Positions 53,696 through 64,000 of a DNA stretch of 64,000 nt are shown piece after piece (positions within the stretch are counted from its first letter, which is position 1; each line of letters begins with the position of its first letter). Position numbers and translations under genes: made by a program. Source of the stretch: Eledone cirrhosa. Taxonomy: Eukaryota. The notes beneath the pieces were generated by a model, which saw only the letters and a list, made by a program, of their open reading frames with translations, was not told where the DNA came from and searched no databases. The stretch covers positions 405,418,001-405,482,000 of the forward strand of contig OZ024740.1 of assembly GCA_964016885.1 (NCBI GenBank), written 5' to 3'.

Positions 53696-54346
53696 ATAAA
53701 AACAAATAACGAAACGAAATTAAATTTCGTTTCGTTTGTAACTCACTTTTGTATGACTGACGCTTAAACAATTAAGTTAAAAGTGTACATCCACATATGT
53801 ATACTGAAATACTAGTATGCATATAAATACACACACGTATACATATGTACATGTACCGAGCTTTTCACTGGACACTTTACTGTGAGTGTTCAGCTAGTCC
53901 GTATGTAAACACACAGACAAACCGGTTTTTAGAGTCATACTGGTTTTCGAGGAAACACCTTTCCTCTATTCTCCAGAGAGCCAGACAGGAATATTGGACT
54001 AGTTTCGATGTTATTACATCTCATCAGCAATATATACCCATCCTCCGGCCTCTCTAGAGAATCCTAAAAGCACATATCGTTATATGCTTTTTCTATGAAA
54101 ATTAGTAGTGGGCAGACTAATTTGCATAGAGTGTGAGTACGTACCGGTTCAGCGGAAACGATAAAAACAAATAACGAAACGAAATTAAATTTCGTTTCGT
54201 TTGTAACTCACTTTTGTATGACTGACGCTTAAACAATTAAGTTAAAAGTGTACATCCACATATGTATACTGAAATACTAGTATGCATATAAATACACACA
54301 CGTATACATATGTACATGTACCGAGCTTTTCACTGGACACTTTACT

Positions 54347-54350
<4 letters not shown>
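53696..54350 (-). mobile_element. Retrozyme-like element: 465-bp monomer, 1.4 copies (190-bp terminal direct repeat), between (TA)n runs
   Basis: 53696-53885 equals 54161-54350; hammerhead lies in the unique part. Confidence 0.8.
53991..54033 (-). ncRNA. Minimal type I hammerhead ribozyme (canonical core)
   Basis: auauug-CUGAUGA-gaugu aaua acauc-GAAA-cua-GUC-caauau; 6-bp stem I, 5-bp stem II, palindromic stem III, GUC triplet. Confidence 0.9.
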
Positions 54351-54387
<37 letters not shown>

Positions 54388-54421
54388 GTTTCTGTGCTAT
54401 ATATACACACACGCGCGCGCG

Positions 54422-54503
<82 letters not shown>

Positions 54504-54664
54504 TCCTGTCCTAACACAAATTATATGATAAATATGACTTAATATTCAGTCACCAAATTTCAGCTAAATACAGTAATACTGTATTCGATTCTTTGAAGTC
54601 ACCTGTTATAATTTCATTCAACAGCACCACCAGCCCCCCCCCCTCTCTCTCTCTCTCTCTTTAG

Positions 54665-54696
<32 letters not shown>

Positions 54697-55225
54697 ACCA
54701 CTATCTCTTTCTCTCTATGAAGGTACTCGGGAACTCATGTTCCGATTTACGCGATGCTTCTTTTATTCCATTTGTATTCCCATTTCAGGAGAAACTTCCT
54801 TTCAAAGTATTTTCCCATTATGCGCCGTTTTGGCTGTATTAAATTACAGACAAGCACACAAGCACAGAGTTTTAATAGTATATAGATAGATAGAATCAAA
54901 ATAAACAAACACCACACTACCGCCACCACCACCACACTGATACCAACACGACCCTCCATCACCACATATATTAAACTCCTATCAAATAATTCAACACCAC
55001 AAAAAAAGGAAGTTCTTCCCTACACTCCAGGTTCCAAAATGTGGGGGGGAGGGGAGGGAGAACTTTATAGAAGATGAAAATATTTGTTTCAAAGTAAAAA
55101 ATATTATAGTGGGATATAGAGAGGGAGAGAGAATTTGGTGTTCTAGTGAGAAAGAGTGAGGTATGTAGTTATATATATGTGTGTGTGTGTGTGTGTATTT
55201 ATATATATTTGTGTGTGTGTTTGTG

Positions 55226-55257
<32 letters not shown>

Positions 55258-55259
<2 letters not shown>

Positions 55260-55532
55260 AAAGCGCGTGAGTTCGATTCCCGGCGGTGCGTTGTGTTCTT
55301 GAGCAAGACACTTTATTTCACGTTGCTCCAGTCCTCTCAGCTGGCAAAATGAGTTGTACCTGTAATTCGAAGGACCAGCCTTGTCACACACTGTGTCACA
55401 CTGAATCTCCCTAAGAACTAAGCAAAGGGTTCGCGTGCCTGTGGAATGCTCAGCCACGCACATTAATTTCGCGAGTAGGCTGTTCCGTTGATAGTATCAA
55501 CTGGAACACTCGTCGTCGTAACCGACGGAGTA
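55258..55532 (+). mobile_element. Second SINE family (V/CORE-like central domain)
   Basis: gagttcgattccc B-box followed by ttgtgttcttgagcaagacactt; decayed copy near 18265-18600. Confidence 0.65.
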
Positions 55533-55636
55533 ACTCCATTTACATGTGTGTGTGTTTATATATGTGTATGCCTGTGTGTGTTTATATGTATGTATATGTG
55601 TCTACGTATCTATGTATCTCTCTCTCTATATATATA

Positions 55637-55708
55637 CAGGGTGTCCCCAAAAAAGGTATACTGATTAGAATGCTGTTGAAGTGTGTGTATATTTTTGGGG
55701 ACACCCTG
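55637..55708. mobile_element. 72-bp Tc1/mariner-type MITE
   Basis: TIR CAGGGTGTCCCCAAAAA / TTTTTGGGGACACCCTG flanked by TA. Confidence 0.85.
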
Positions 55709-56007
55709 TATATGTGTGTATTTTCATCATCATCATCATCGTTTAACATCCATAGTCCACGCTAGCATGGGTTAGACGGTTTTGTTCCATTTGATGCGGG
55801 CGGGAATGGTCGGGAGACCGTGTCTCGCTCGTACGGAAGTGTCTCTGGCAGGTGTGTGTATATATATATATATTATGCGTGTGTGTGTGTGTGTATTCCA
55901 GAGTCGGGCTAGATCGATACAGATCGAACCTTGAGCTGATCAATAGCGAAATGCGCGTCACTACTCAATAAACGTAATGGCGACGTAACAAAAAATCATC
56001 CTTTTTG

Positions 56008-56201
56008 ACCATCCGTGACACGTTGGGCCACGTTCACTTAAAAATATTTTTTAAATAATTAATATACACAGACATGTATATAATTTAAAATGAAATTTAG
56101 CAGGAAATATTCGCTAAACACATCCTGTCTTAAGACAAGTTATATGATACATATGACTTAATAATCAGTCACCAAATAATTTCTTTCAACAACACCATCA
56201 G

Positions 56202-56235
<34 letters not shown>

Positions 56236-56445
56236 ACCATTATCTCTTTCTCTATTTATGAAGGTACCCGAAAAAATCCGTATCTCGGGACCCGTGCACC
56301 GATTTGCGCGAAACTGCTTTTATTCCATTTGTATTCCCATTTCAGGGGAAACTTCCTTTCTAAGTATGTTCCCATTATGCGCCGTTTTGGCTGTATTAAA
56401 TTACAGACAAGCACACAAGCAAGGAGTTTTAGTAGTATATAGATA
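56008..56445 (+). repeat. Diverged paralog of 53565-53655 + 54500-54890, lacking the microsatellite/retrozyme insertion
   Basis: Shared ccgtgac.cgttgg..cacgttcacttaaaaat, acatcctgtc and cccattatgcgccgttttggctgtattaaattacagacaagc blocks. Confidence 0.8.
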
Positions 56446-57016
56446 AATACTTTAAAATATACACCATTATATCATAGAAGTTGATGGTAATTAGGACGGT
56501 TTATAATCATTTAAAATGTGTGAATAATATTGTATTTATTATGTGAGTTGAAAATACGAATGCATGTTTTAATGATAAATATTTCTAAAATGCTTGCGTG
56601 TGTGTTTCTGTGGAGCTGTTTTGGTTGGGTTTTATACTGATTTTACCCAGTTTTCATAGTCTGGGAGCCTTAAAATGTTGATATGAGTTGTTGAATATTT
56701 TGGTAATGTAATAATTCCTTAAAGTCCTAGCCCTAAGTGTTTCAAATGTTTGGGTATGATTTCGTCAGGCTTGATGTCTGGGGTTTTGAAGGAGTTGCTT
56801 ATTGCTTTTCTAGTGTCTGATGATAGGAAGGGGTCATGATCTATGTAAAAGGTGTGCATTTTGTTTTGTCATTTTGGTGGCTGATTTTGAAAAAGTGTTT
56901 ATGTTTGCTTTTTGTTACAACTTTTTGGCTTTTTGTGGGCTTTTATTTGGGTCGGAAGGAATGAATTGTGTCTATAAACACCACAGGTCCCTTGAATCTT
57001 GTGAGATTGATACGTT

Positions 57017-60000
57017 TGTAGCGCTCTCTAGACAAAAGAAGTAGCCAAAGTGACTTCCCGTAGAATTTCTAGAAACTCCTTGAATTTCCGTTTCAGATAT
57101 TATAAAAGATGGAGCAAAGGACAATCTCCCTCTTTTCCACCTCTTGGCTGCCTGGCCTTAAGGCCAGGTATGGTTACGCCAAAAGGTATACTCTCTTTCA
57201 CCAACGGCTCTAGAACTGACCACACCAAGCACATATGCTAAACTTTTCTAATCCTATCCTATACCTCAGGATTACACCACGTCATGGCACGAGGTACGTT
57301 TCACTACCAAAATTGTAATAAGCTACTTCAATTACTACATCGTCATTTCTTTTACATCTTCTAAACAAATTAAATTAGTGGTTGGCATGTAGTGGCGTTT
57401 ACTGGAGTATGGCCAATTCACTAAACTGGTGAACCCGACGTGGGACGATATATTTCAACTAGTTAAAAAAAATGGTTACCCCATTTTCGTTGGAATGTGT
57501 CGACCAACATTTCGAACACGCAACAAACTTTATTAACAAACTAGGAAAAATACGCAGACACAGAAACGAACACACGCACATGTGAAATTCTTGTTCAGAC
57601 ACTCTTTTTCTCTCACCTAACTTGATATATTTTTTTTCGGACTAAGAAATCCCTCCGACCGCCTTAGACATGGATTTCTCTCCGCATACACTGTCTTATA
57701 ACGAACACTTCGAAAAAAAAATATATATATATATGTTTTCGTTTCTTCTTACAACGAACAAAAAAAATTGGACTTTTATTTTACACATTTCAATATGAAT
57801 ATTTATTTTTGCTGAATTTCAACTATTGCTTACTCTTCCCACCAAGCCTTTTTCATCATTCACCGAAAAAATTCAAAATGGCGTTTTTTGCTCTATTTGC
57901 TTTCACTGGCAGCCATCTTGTCTTCTTCGTTTCGTCATTTTCCCGCGCGGTGGATTTTACCAACACACTCATTGCTATTCATCTCAAAGAATAGTTCGGC
58001 CACGAGCTACTTTATTAATGCCAGTAAAAAACTTTGCGTCACAAATTGACGTCACTTGCTGGGCATTTTTATGCACGTTCGTTCTGCGGTCAGCTACTTA
58101 AAAGAAACTTATCTGAACTTACTCAGATCACTGCGCTTAACTGTTTTTCTTCAACATTGACCAACCTACTTTGGATTCGCTGGACATTTCCTCTGACCAG
58201 TTCTGCTGTAAATTGGAATATTTACCTCTTCCATCTTCTGAAGGAAAAATTCACTGCGATATCTCTACTCGCTCACACGGACCACTTCTCCAAAATTGCC
58301 AGCTAAAGTAGAGGCAATTCAGCAATTAGCACCACCAACATCATTGAAACAATTACGCCATTTCTTAGGATTAATTAACTTTTATCGTCGCTTTATTCCT
58401 AACTGTTCGGACAAGTTATTCCCCTTGACAGTTTTTAAGAGCTGCAAAAAAGAAAGATGAACAAATTTCACTTTCTGCCGATGCATTGCAGTCTTTTAAA
58501 TCCGTCAAGTTTGAGCTAGCTAAAGTTTCCTTCCTTTCCCATCCTGTTGCAAATGCGAGACTTTCCTTATCTGTTGATGCATCTGATCGTGCTGTTGGCG
58601 CAGTTTTGCATCATGTAATCGATCACCGAGTTCAACCATTGGCATTTTTCTCTCGCCAATTAAAACCAGCAGAACAGCGATACAGCACCTTTGACAGAGA
58701 ACTGTTGGCGATTTATCTTGCCATGAAGCACTTCCACCACCTTTTGGAGGGGCGAGAGTTCACGATATTCACGGACCACAAACCGTTAACGTTCGCTTTA
58801 CAATCCAAGTCCGACAAGTACTCTCCGAGAGCGCATAGGCATCTGGATCTCATCTCATAGTATACCAGTGACATTCGTCACATAGCTGGAACTTCCAACA
58901 TACCTGCGGAGGCACCATCTCGACTTTCTGTGTGTTCTCTTGTGTCTCCTGCACATATCGATTTAGTTGCCATTGCAACTGACCAACCTACCTTGGAATC
59001 GTTGGACATGAACAGCATCATCATCAACAACAGCTACTGGTAAAACATTTACCACAACAACTACAGCCACAACACCAACGGCGATTTCACAGCAACATAA
59101 CAGAAGTGGTAGTTTCATACTTTTACCGCCACCGCCAACAACAACTTTTATAACAATTAATGCAAGAACAACAACTTTGAAAACATTTTGCACATTTTCG
59201 CCCATGTCAGACTTTATTTGTTTTCTATTAGACCCTAGGTGGTCATGTTATAAATAGCAAACAGCCAGTCATTTGACACAGCAGCATACATAACACTGGC
59301 CCCTTAGCGCCTCATTCATAATTTTCTTCTTGCATTCATTCATTCATTCATTTTTTTGATTGATGTGCTCTTTTTCAGCGTTTTCACACTAGTGATGTAT
59401 GAACTATTTTTTTTAAAGAAACTTTGAACTTACCATTGAGCATTAATTTTTTCTCTGCTCCTTTATGTTAACTTTGAATTATCAGTTTTGTTACATTTAC
59501 ATTTTTTCTTTGTCAAATGCATTTACTTGTTTTGTGCTTGTTTTTCTGCTATTTGCTTCAGTTGCGAGCTTATGTTTTATTCATGCACCTTCTTGTACCT
59601 TTGCTTTGCTCCTCATTTCTTACGGGTTCACGCTACAATAACCTTCGGCTGGTTATTCGACTTCTCGTCTGAGAGGGGAGCCTTGTAGCGCTCTCTAGAC
59701 AAAGGGAAGTAGCCAAAGTTACTTCCCGTAGAATTTCTAGAATACTCCTTGAACTTCCGTTTCAGAGATTATAAAAGAAGGAGCAAAGGACAATCTCCCT
59801 CTTTTCCACCTCTTGACTGCCTGGCCTTAAGGCCAGGCATGGTTACGCCAAAAGGTATACTCTCTTTCACCAACGGCTCTAGAACTTACCACACCAAGCA
59901 CAGATGCTAAACTTTTCTAATCCTATCCTATATCTCAGGATTACACCACGTCATGGCACGAGGTACGTTTCACTGCCAAAATTGTAACAAGCTACTTCAA

Positions 60001-60104
60001 TTACTACAACGTCATTTCTTTTACATCTTCTAAACAAATTAAATTAGTGGTTGGCATGTAGTGGTATTTACTGGAGTAAATAACCCTATGGCCAATTCAC
60101 TAAA
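57017..60104 (+). mobile_element. Internally deleted Gypsy LTR retrotransposon (LTRs 57017-57425 and 59684-60104)
   Basis: TSD CGTT; PBS TGGTGAACCCGACGTG (tRNA-Trp-like); PPT gagaggggag; RT C-terminus/RNase H remnant (VDASD..VGAVL, YSTFDRELLAI, TDHKPL) at ~58230-58930. Confidence 0.93.
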
Positions 60105-62111
60105 CGTTTGATGTTCGGCTTGAACAGTTGCAAGAAGGCTTCTGTGGAGTAAACGTGACTCAATTCGGTACCTTTCTTGATGCTAAATGCGCTTGCTTTC
60201 TAGTGGTCCAGTGCCTTGACCTTCGCATATGTGAGCTATACAAATTGATCATTGCGGAGCCAAGGTCGACGAGTTCGAACTATAGTCACTTCCTTCTCAC
60301 CACAGTGCATATTGATTCCTTTACCACGCTGCCTTGAACAACACCATTAGGAGGAGCCTTGATGCAGCCTATTTTCTATTACAACAGGAGCATGCCAGCC
60401 TCGACCGTGGTGATGGGAAGAACCAAAATGGGATAACCCTTTTCCTGTTCTGGTGGGAAGATCTCTTATCTGAGACGCCACATGCTGCAACGTTCTCAGT
60501 CTCCAATATTTTCGCTTCGACCACAAACCCGGGCACTGTTGTCCATAACATAGAGAAACAAACGATATCTGAATACCGGGACTTGACCGACTGCAACTAT
60601 CGAGACCTCTGATGTCCTCGGTCTCCAGACTGCCATTTTCTTCCCCAAAATTGTGAAGAGTACATCCCTCAGGTGGGATGTACTCTTTACATGGGGTAGA
60701 GTGGCTGATACTTGTCTGAGACAATGCTTTCGTCATCTTATCTACAGGGCACAGCTAAGATGTACTGCCAAGGTAGAGTTTACCACTCCCTTCATTCTGC
60801 TTTCTTCATTATTAAATTTTTTTCTTTCTACCTTTTTATTATGCGGAATATTTATATTATTAAAAAAATTTCATCTAGTAGGGAAAAAAAGCAATTGAAT
60901 ATGTATAATCTAATAAGCATTTCCTCGGATAGTTATATCTCCTCATCTCCATAATTGTAGCAATCCTTTTTAGAATCATTCGTGTAAGAAAAGTAACGAT
61001 GTTTAACAGAGGAACATATTTTGTGAGAGAATAGAGCCTATTTAATCAAACTCAGTATTTTCTGACTATTAATGAGAAGCAACAGATCGATAGATCCAAG
61101 TTTTTTCTGCTAAATAGAAATAAAATGAGATGATATCGACACACAAATTTCAAGGGATATACAAGAACAAATATTAGGGGAAATTTTCTTTTCCAAAAAA
61201 TTAGATTATTGGAATGCTTTACCAGAAATGTGATCTACTTGATAGCTATAAATAATTTTCTGGGAAGTTATATTGAATTGTTAATTCTGTAATGTAAAAT
61301 ATCAAACTAGAATACCAACTAGTGAGGCGAGCTATCAAGCATCAGTAATATTTAGTCTCGTTTATTACACTGGTGAGTTACAATTATCTTAGCGACACCC
61401 CTCTCCGTCGGATAGATAGAAGACTAAGTCGAAAACTAGCTTTTACACTAAAGATAAAATGCTTACATTCTGTGTTGCGTTATTGTATTTCGGAACCACT
61501 TCTTTCTTTGTCTTGTTTGCTGGTAATTTTGTGGTGATTGTTTCCGTATTTGGTAGTTTACTATCTTTATCCTCTCTCCAGCATAGGCAGAATTTACTCT
61601 TACATTCTAACGAATCCATATGGATTTTCCGGCGATTAGATTGTTCAGAGTGTATTGCCTTTGAATTATTAGCTTTCGGAGTAAACCGTTTCAATGTTTT
61701 ATGTCGTACCATCGTTTAATTTTTTCAATAAAATCTATAAAAGTCATTCCGTTTGAAATAATAATAAAATCGTCTTGGTTTCAAAAATGCTTCTTAAAAA
61801 CCATAAAAATACAGCGTTTAAGAAAAGTGCCGTTTGTCACTTGAACGCCTGTGTTTGTCAACTATTGTCCTCGTTATCGTGGTATACAGAAACTATTCTA
61901 AATTTTAAAGTTATTGTTGTTCCAGCTGTGACCATCCCATTTTTTATTTCAGTCATGTCTAGAATGGTGGAATGTGATATGAAGGAAATGCCATTGCTAT
62001 TTCTCGCAAGACTTGCAGCCACGGAAAAACTAGTGGTAGCTGAATATTTCAAATGTATCCCTTATTGTATCTGTTAAACTCAAAACATGGAAATAAATGA
62101 GACATCTTTAA

Positions 62112-62390
62112 CACCTTACTGAGGTATCAGGTGATGCCCGTGGGGGAGCCTGGTTATTTCAGCGCCTTAGCCTCGCCATCACCCGTAGTAATGCTGCAAG
62201 CGTGTTGGCTTGCCTGAAAGTTAACCCCTAAGGTGAGGTGCGGCCGATTGTCGAACTTAGTGGTGAATTGCGCCCCCACGAGCTTTACCAGTTACCTCTG
62301 TTAGGCGAGCCGCCAGTGAAGATAGGAATCTCGCAGTCAGTAGCCCGACTCCAAATGTCTCGAACGCCACAGGCTGGAAAATGTAGTTCG
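62112..62390. mobile_element. Two CRE 3' fragments arranged tail-to-tail
   Basis: + strand WLFQRLSLAITRSNAASVLACL; - strand YIFQPVAFETFG...LAARLTEVTG. Confidence 0.6.
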
Positions 62391-62776
62391 TATTTTGTTC
62401 TTGAAAAATATCCGTAAAAAAGAAATGCGTTATTATTTCGTGTTTATATTAAATCTAATCTCAAGTCATCCAAAATAACAAGCACTTTCAGAGATCAGAA
62501 AAAAATGTTGAAAGATTAAAAATAGATATAAGAAGGTTTTATCATCCTTACTTGTCAATAATGTTGTTTTTGTTTGTGTCACAATATATTTACATAATTT
62601 ATGTATTTATCATTTGTGAATTACATGGCTGAAACAGCACTTATCTTTTACATTAAAATTGAATATAACCAAGGTGTCTACATTTTGATACAGGTTGACG
62701 CTCAGTGTATTTTAAAATGACAGACATGCACTTGATTGATTTATGTCTAACACTTGTGTTTGATGGTTTATAAAAT

Positions 62777-62940
62777 AATGGTTTTTTTTTAATATAGGCA
62801 CAAGGCCTGCAATTGGGGGGGAGGGGAAAGTCGATTAAATTGACTCCAGTGCGTGACTGATACTTTATTTTATCGACCCCGTAAGGTTGAAAGGCAAAGT
62901 TTACCTCAGCGGGATTTGAACTCAGATCATAAAGGGCCGC
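62777..62940 (-). mobile_element. Nin-like SINE (5' truncated)
   Basis: Matches the local consensus. Confidence 0.75.
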
Positions 62941-62949
62941 AAGATGGTA

Positions 62950-63290
62950 TATAAAATAATAATAACGAAATTATTGTGTACAGTGCTCAGGTGCACTACA
63001 ACTCATCAAAGGTGTTTGTATAGTACATAGAATAATGTACAAATGTCAGGAAAGTGAACAGCGTATGGAGGGGGAATATCTGTTGTAGTGTTGGCAAATT
63101 TCAGGAAGCATGGAAGTTTTAAAGGATGGAGTGTCTCGACAGCTAACAACTGATGCAGGTAGTTTGTTCCATGCTTCAGCAATTCTGAGCATGAAAAAAT
63201 GTTTCCGGAAGTCATGGGAGCTGTGCTGTTTTCTGACTTTGTAGGCATGCCCACGTGTGTTAGACAACATGGAATTCAAAAAGGTGCTCG
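62950..63290 (-). mobile_element. CR1-like LINE 3' end
   Basis: TRGHAYK...RKHFFMLRIAEAWNKLP in ORF 63046..63378. Confidence 0.8.
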
Positions 63291-63574
63291 TGTTACGTCC
63301 ACTTTCCACACAGGCATGTGTTGGATGGGTTGTCACAATCTGAGACCAGACATATCGGAGCGACCTTATCTTGCTCATACATTACATATTTGGCATGGTT
63401 TCTATAGCTGGATGCCCTTTCTGGCGTAACCACTCTAGAGTGTTTACTGAGTGTATTGTTTTTGTGATACCAGCACAACCACTTTATACAGTTGACTAGG
63501 TATATTCTATCAAGGCACCAACACTAACAATTTACAGAATGTACTGGGTGAATTTTATCGTAGCACCAGTATGT

Positions 63575-64000
63575 CACAGCCAGGATTAGCAAGGAAAAAG
63601 CAGCTTCTATCATGCTAAAGAATGTCTGGGCATCAAAAGAGATCTGCCCAAGAACTAAACTTCGTGCCTTCAACTCTGACGTGAAGGTGGTACTGCTGTA
63701 AGAATGTGAAACTTGGAGGATAACAAAGAAGATGCAGCAGAAGATCCAGACATTCTTCAACACCTGTCTGAGGCACATCTACAACATCAAATGGCCAGAC
63801 AAGATCAGAAACGAATATCTGTGGGGGGAGGGGGGGGGGGGGATGGACAGGAACCAGTGGTAAAGCAGATTCTGCAGAGGAAGTGAAGCTGGATTGGGCA
63901 CTCCCTCAGGAAACATCCAGCAACACACGCCAATCCCTGACCTGAAACCCGCAGGGTTAAGAGGAAGAGAGGCCAGTTCCGCGGCAGCTGGAGACATGAC
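63575..64000 (+). mobile_element. RTE LINE fragment
   Basis: ARISK...TKLRAFNSDVKVVLL.ECETW...IQTFFNTCLRHIYNIKWPD. Confidence 0.8.

Overview
AT-rich, repeat-dense animal genomic DNA. The SINE, LINE and microsatellite content suggests a cephalopod (octopus-like), which is an inference. The left ~37 kb holds one intron-rich minus-strand gene that runs off the left edge, assembled by eye from 15 exons (at least ~1,600 aa). It encodes five ankyrin repeats, a hydrophobic/helical region, a ~1,000-aa low-complexity linker with a (VTQDLG)n hexapeptide array, and an RNase L/IRE1-type kinase domain with degenerate catalytic motifs (HGRLE, NYG), i.e. a pseudokinase. The right ~25 kb is intergenic and built from mobile DNA. 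It contains two short non-coding elements carrying minimal type I hammerhead ribozymes (retrozyme-like), two tail-to-tail Penelope fragments, two tRNA-Trp-primed LTR elements with TSDs, and an inverted duplication around one LTR element. Helitrons, MITEs, CRE/RTE/CR1 fragments and many tRNA-derived SINEs occur across the window. All calls are from manual reading; no searches were run.
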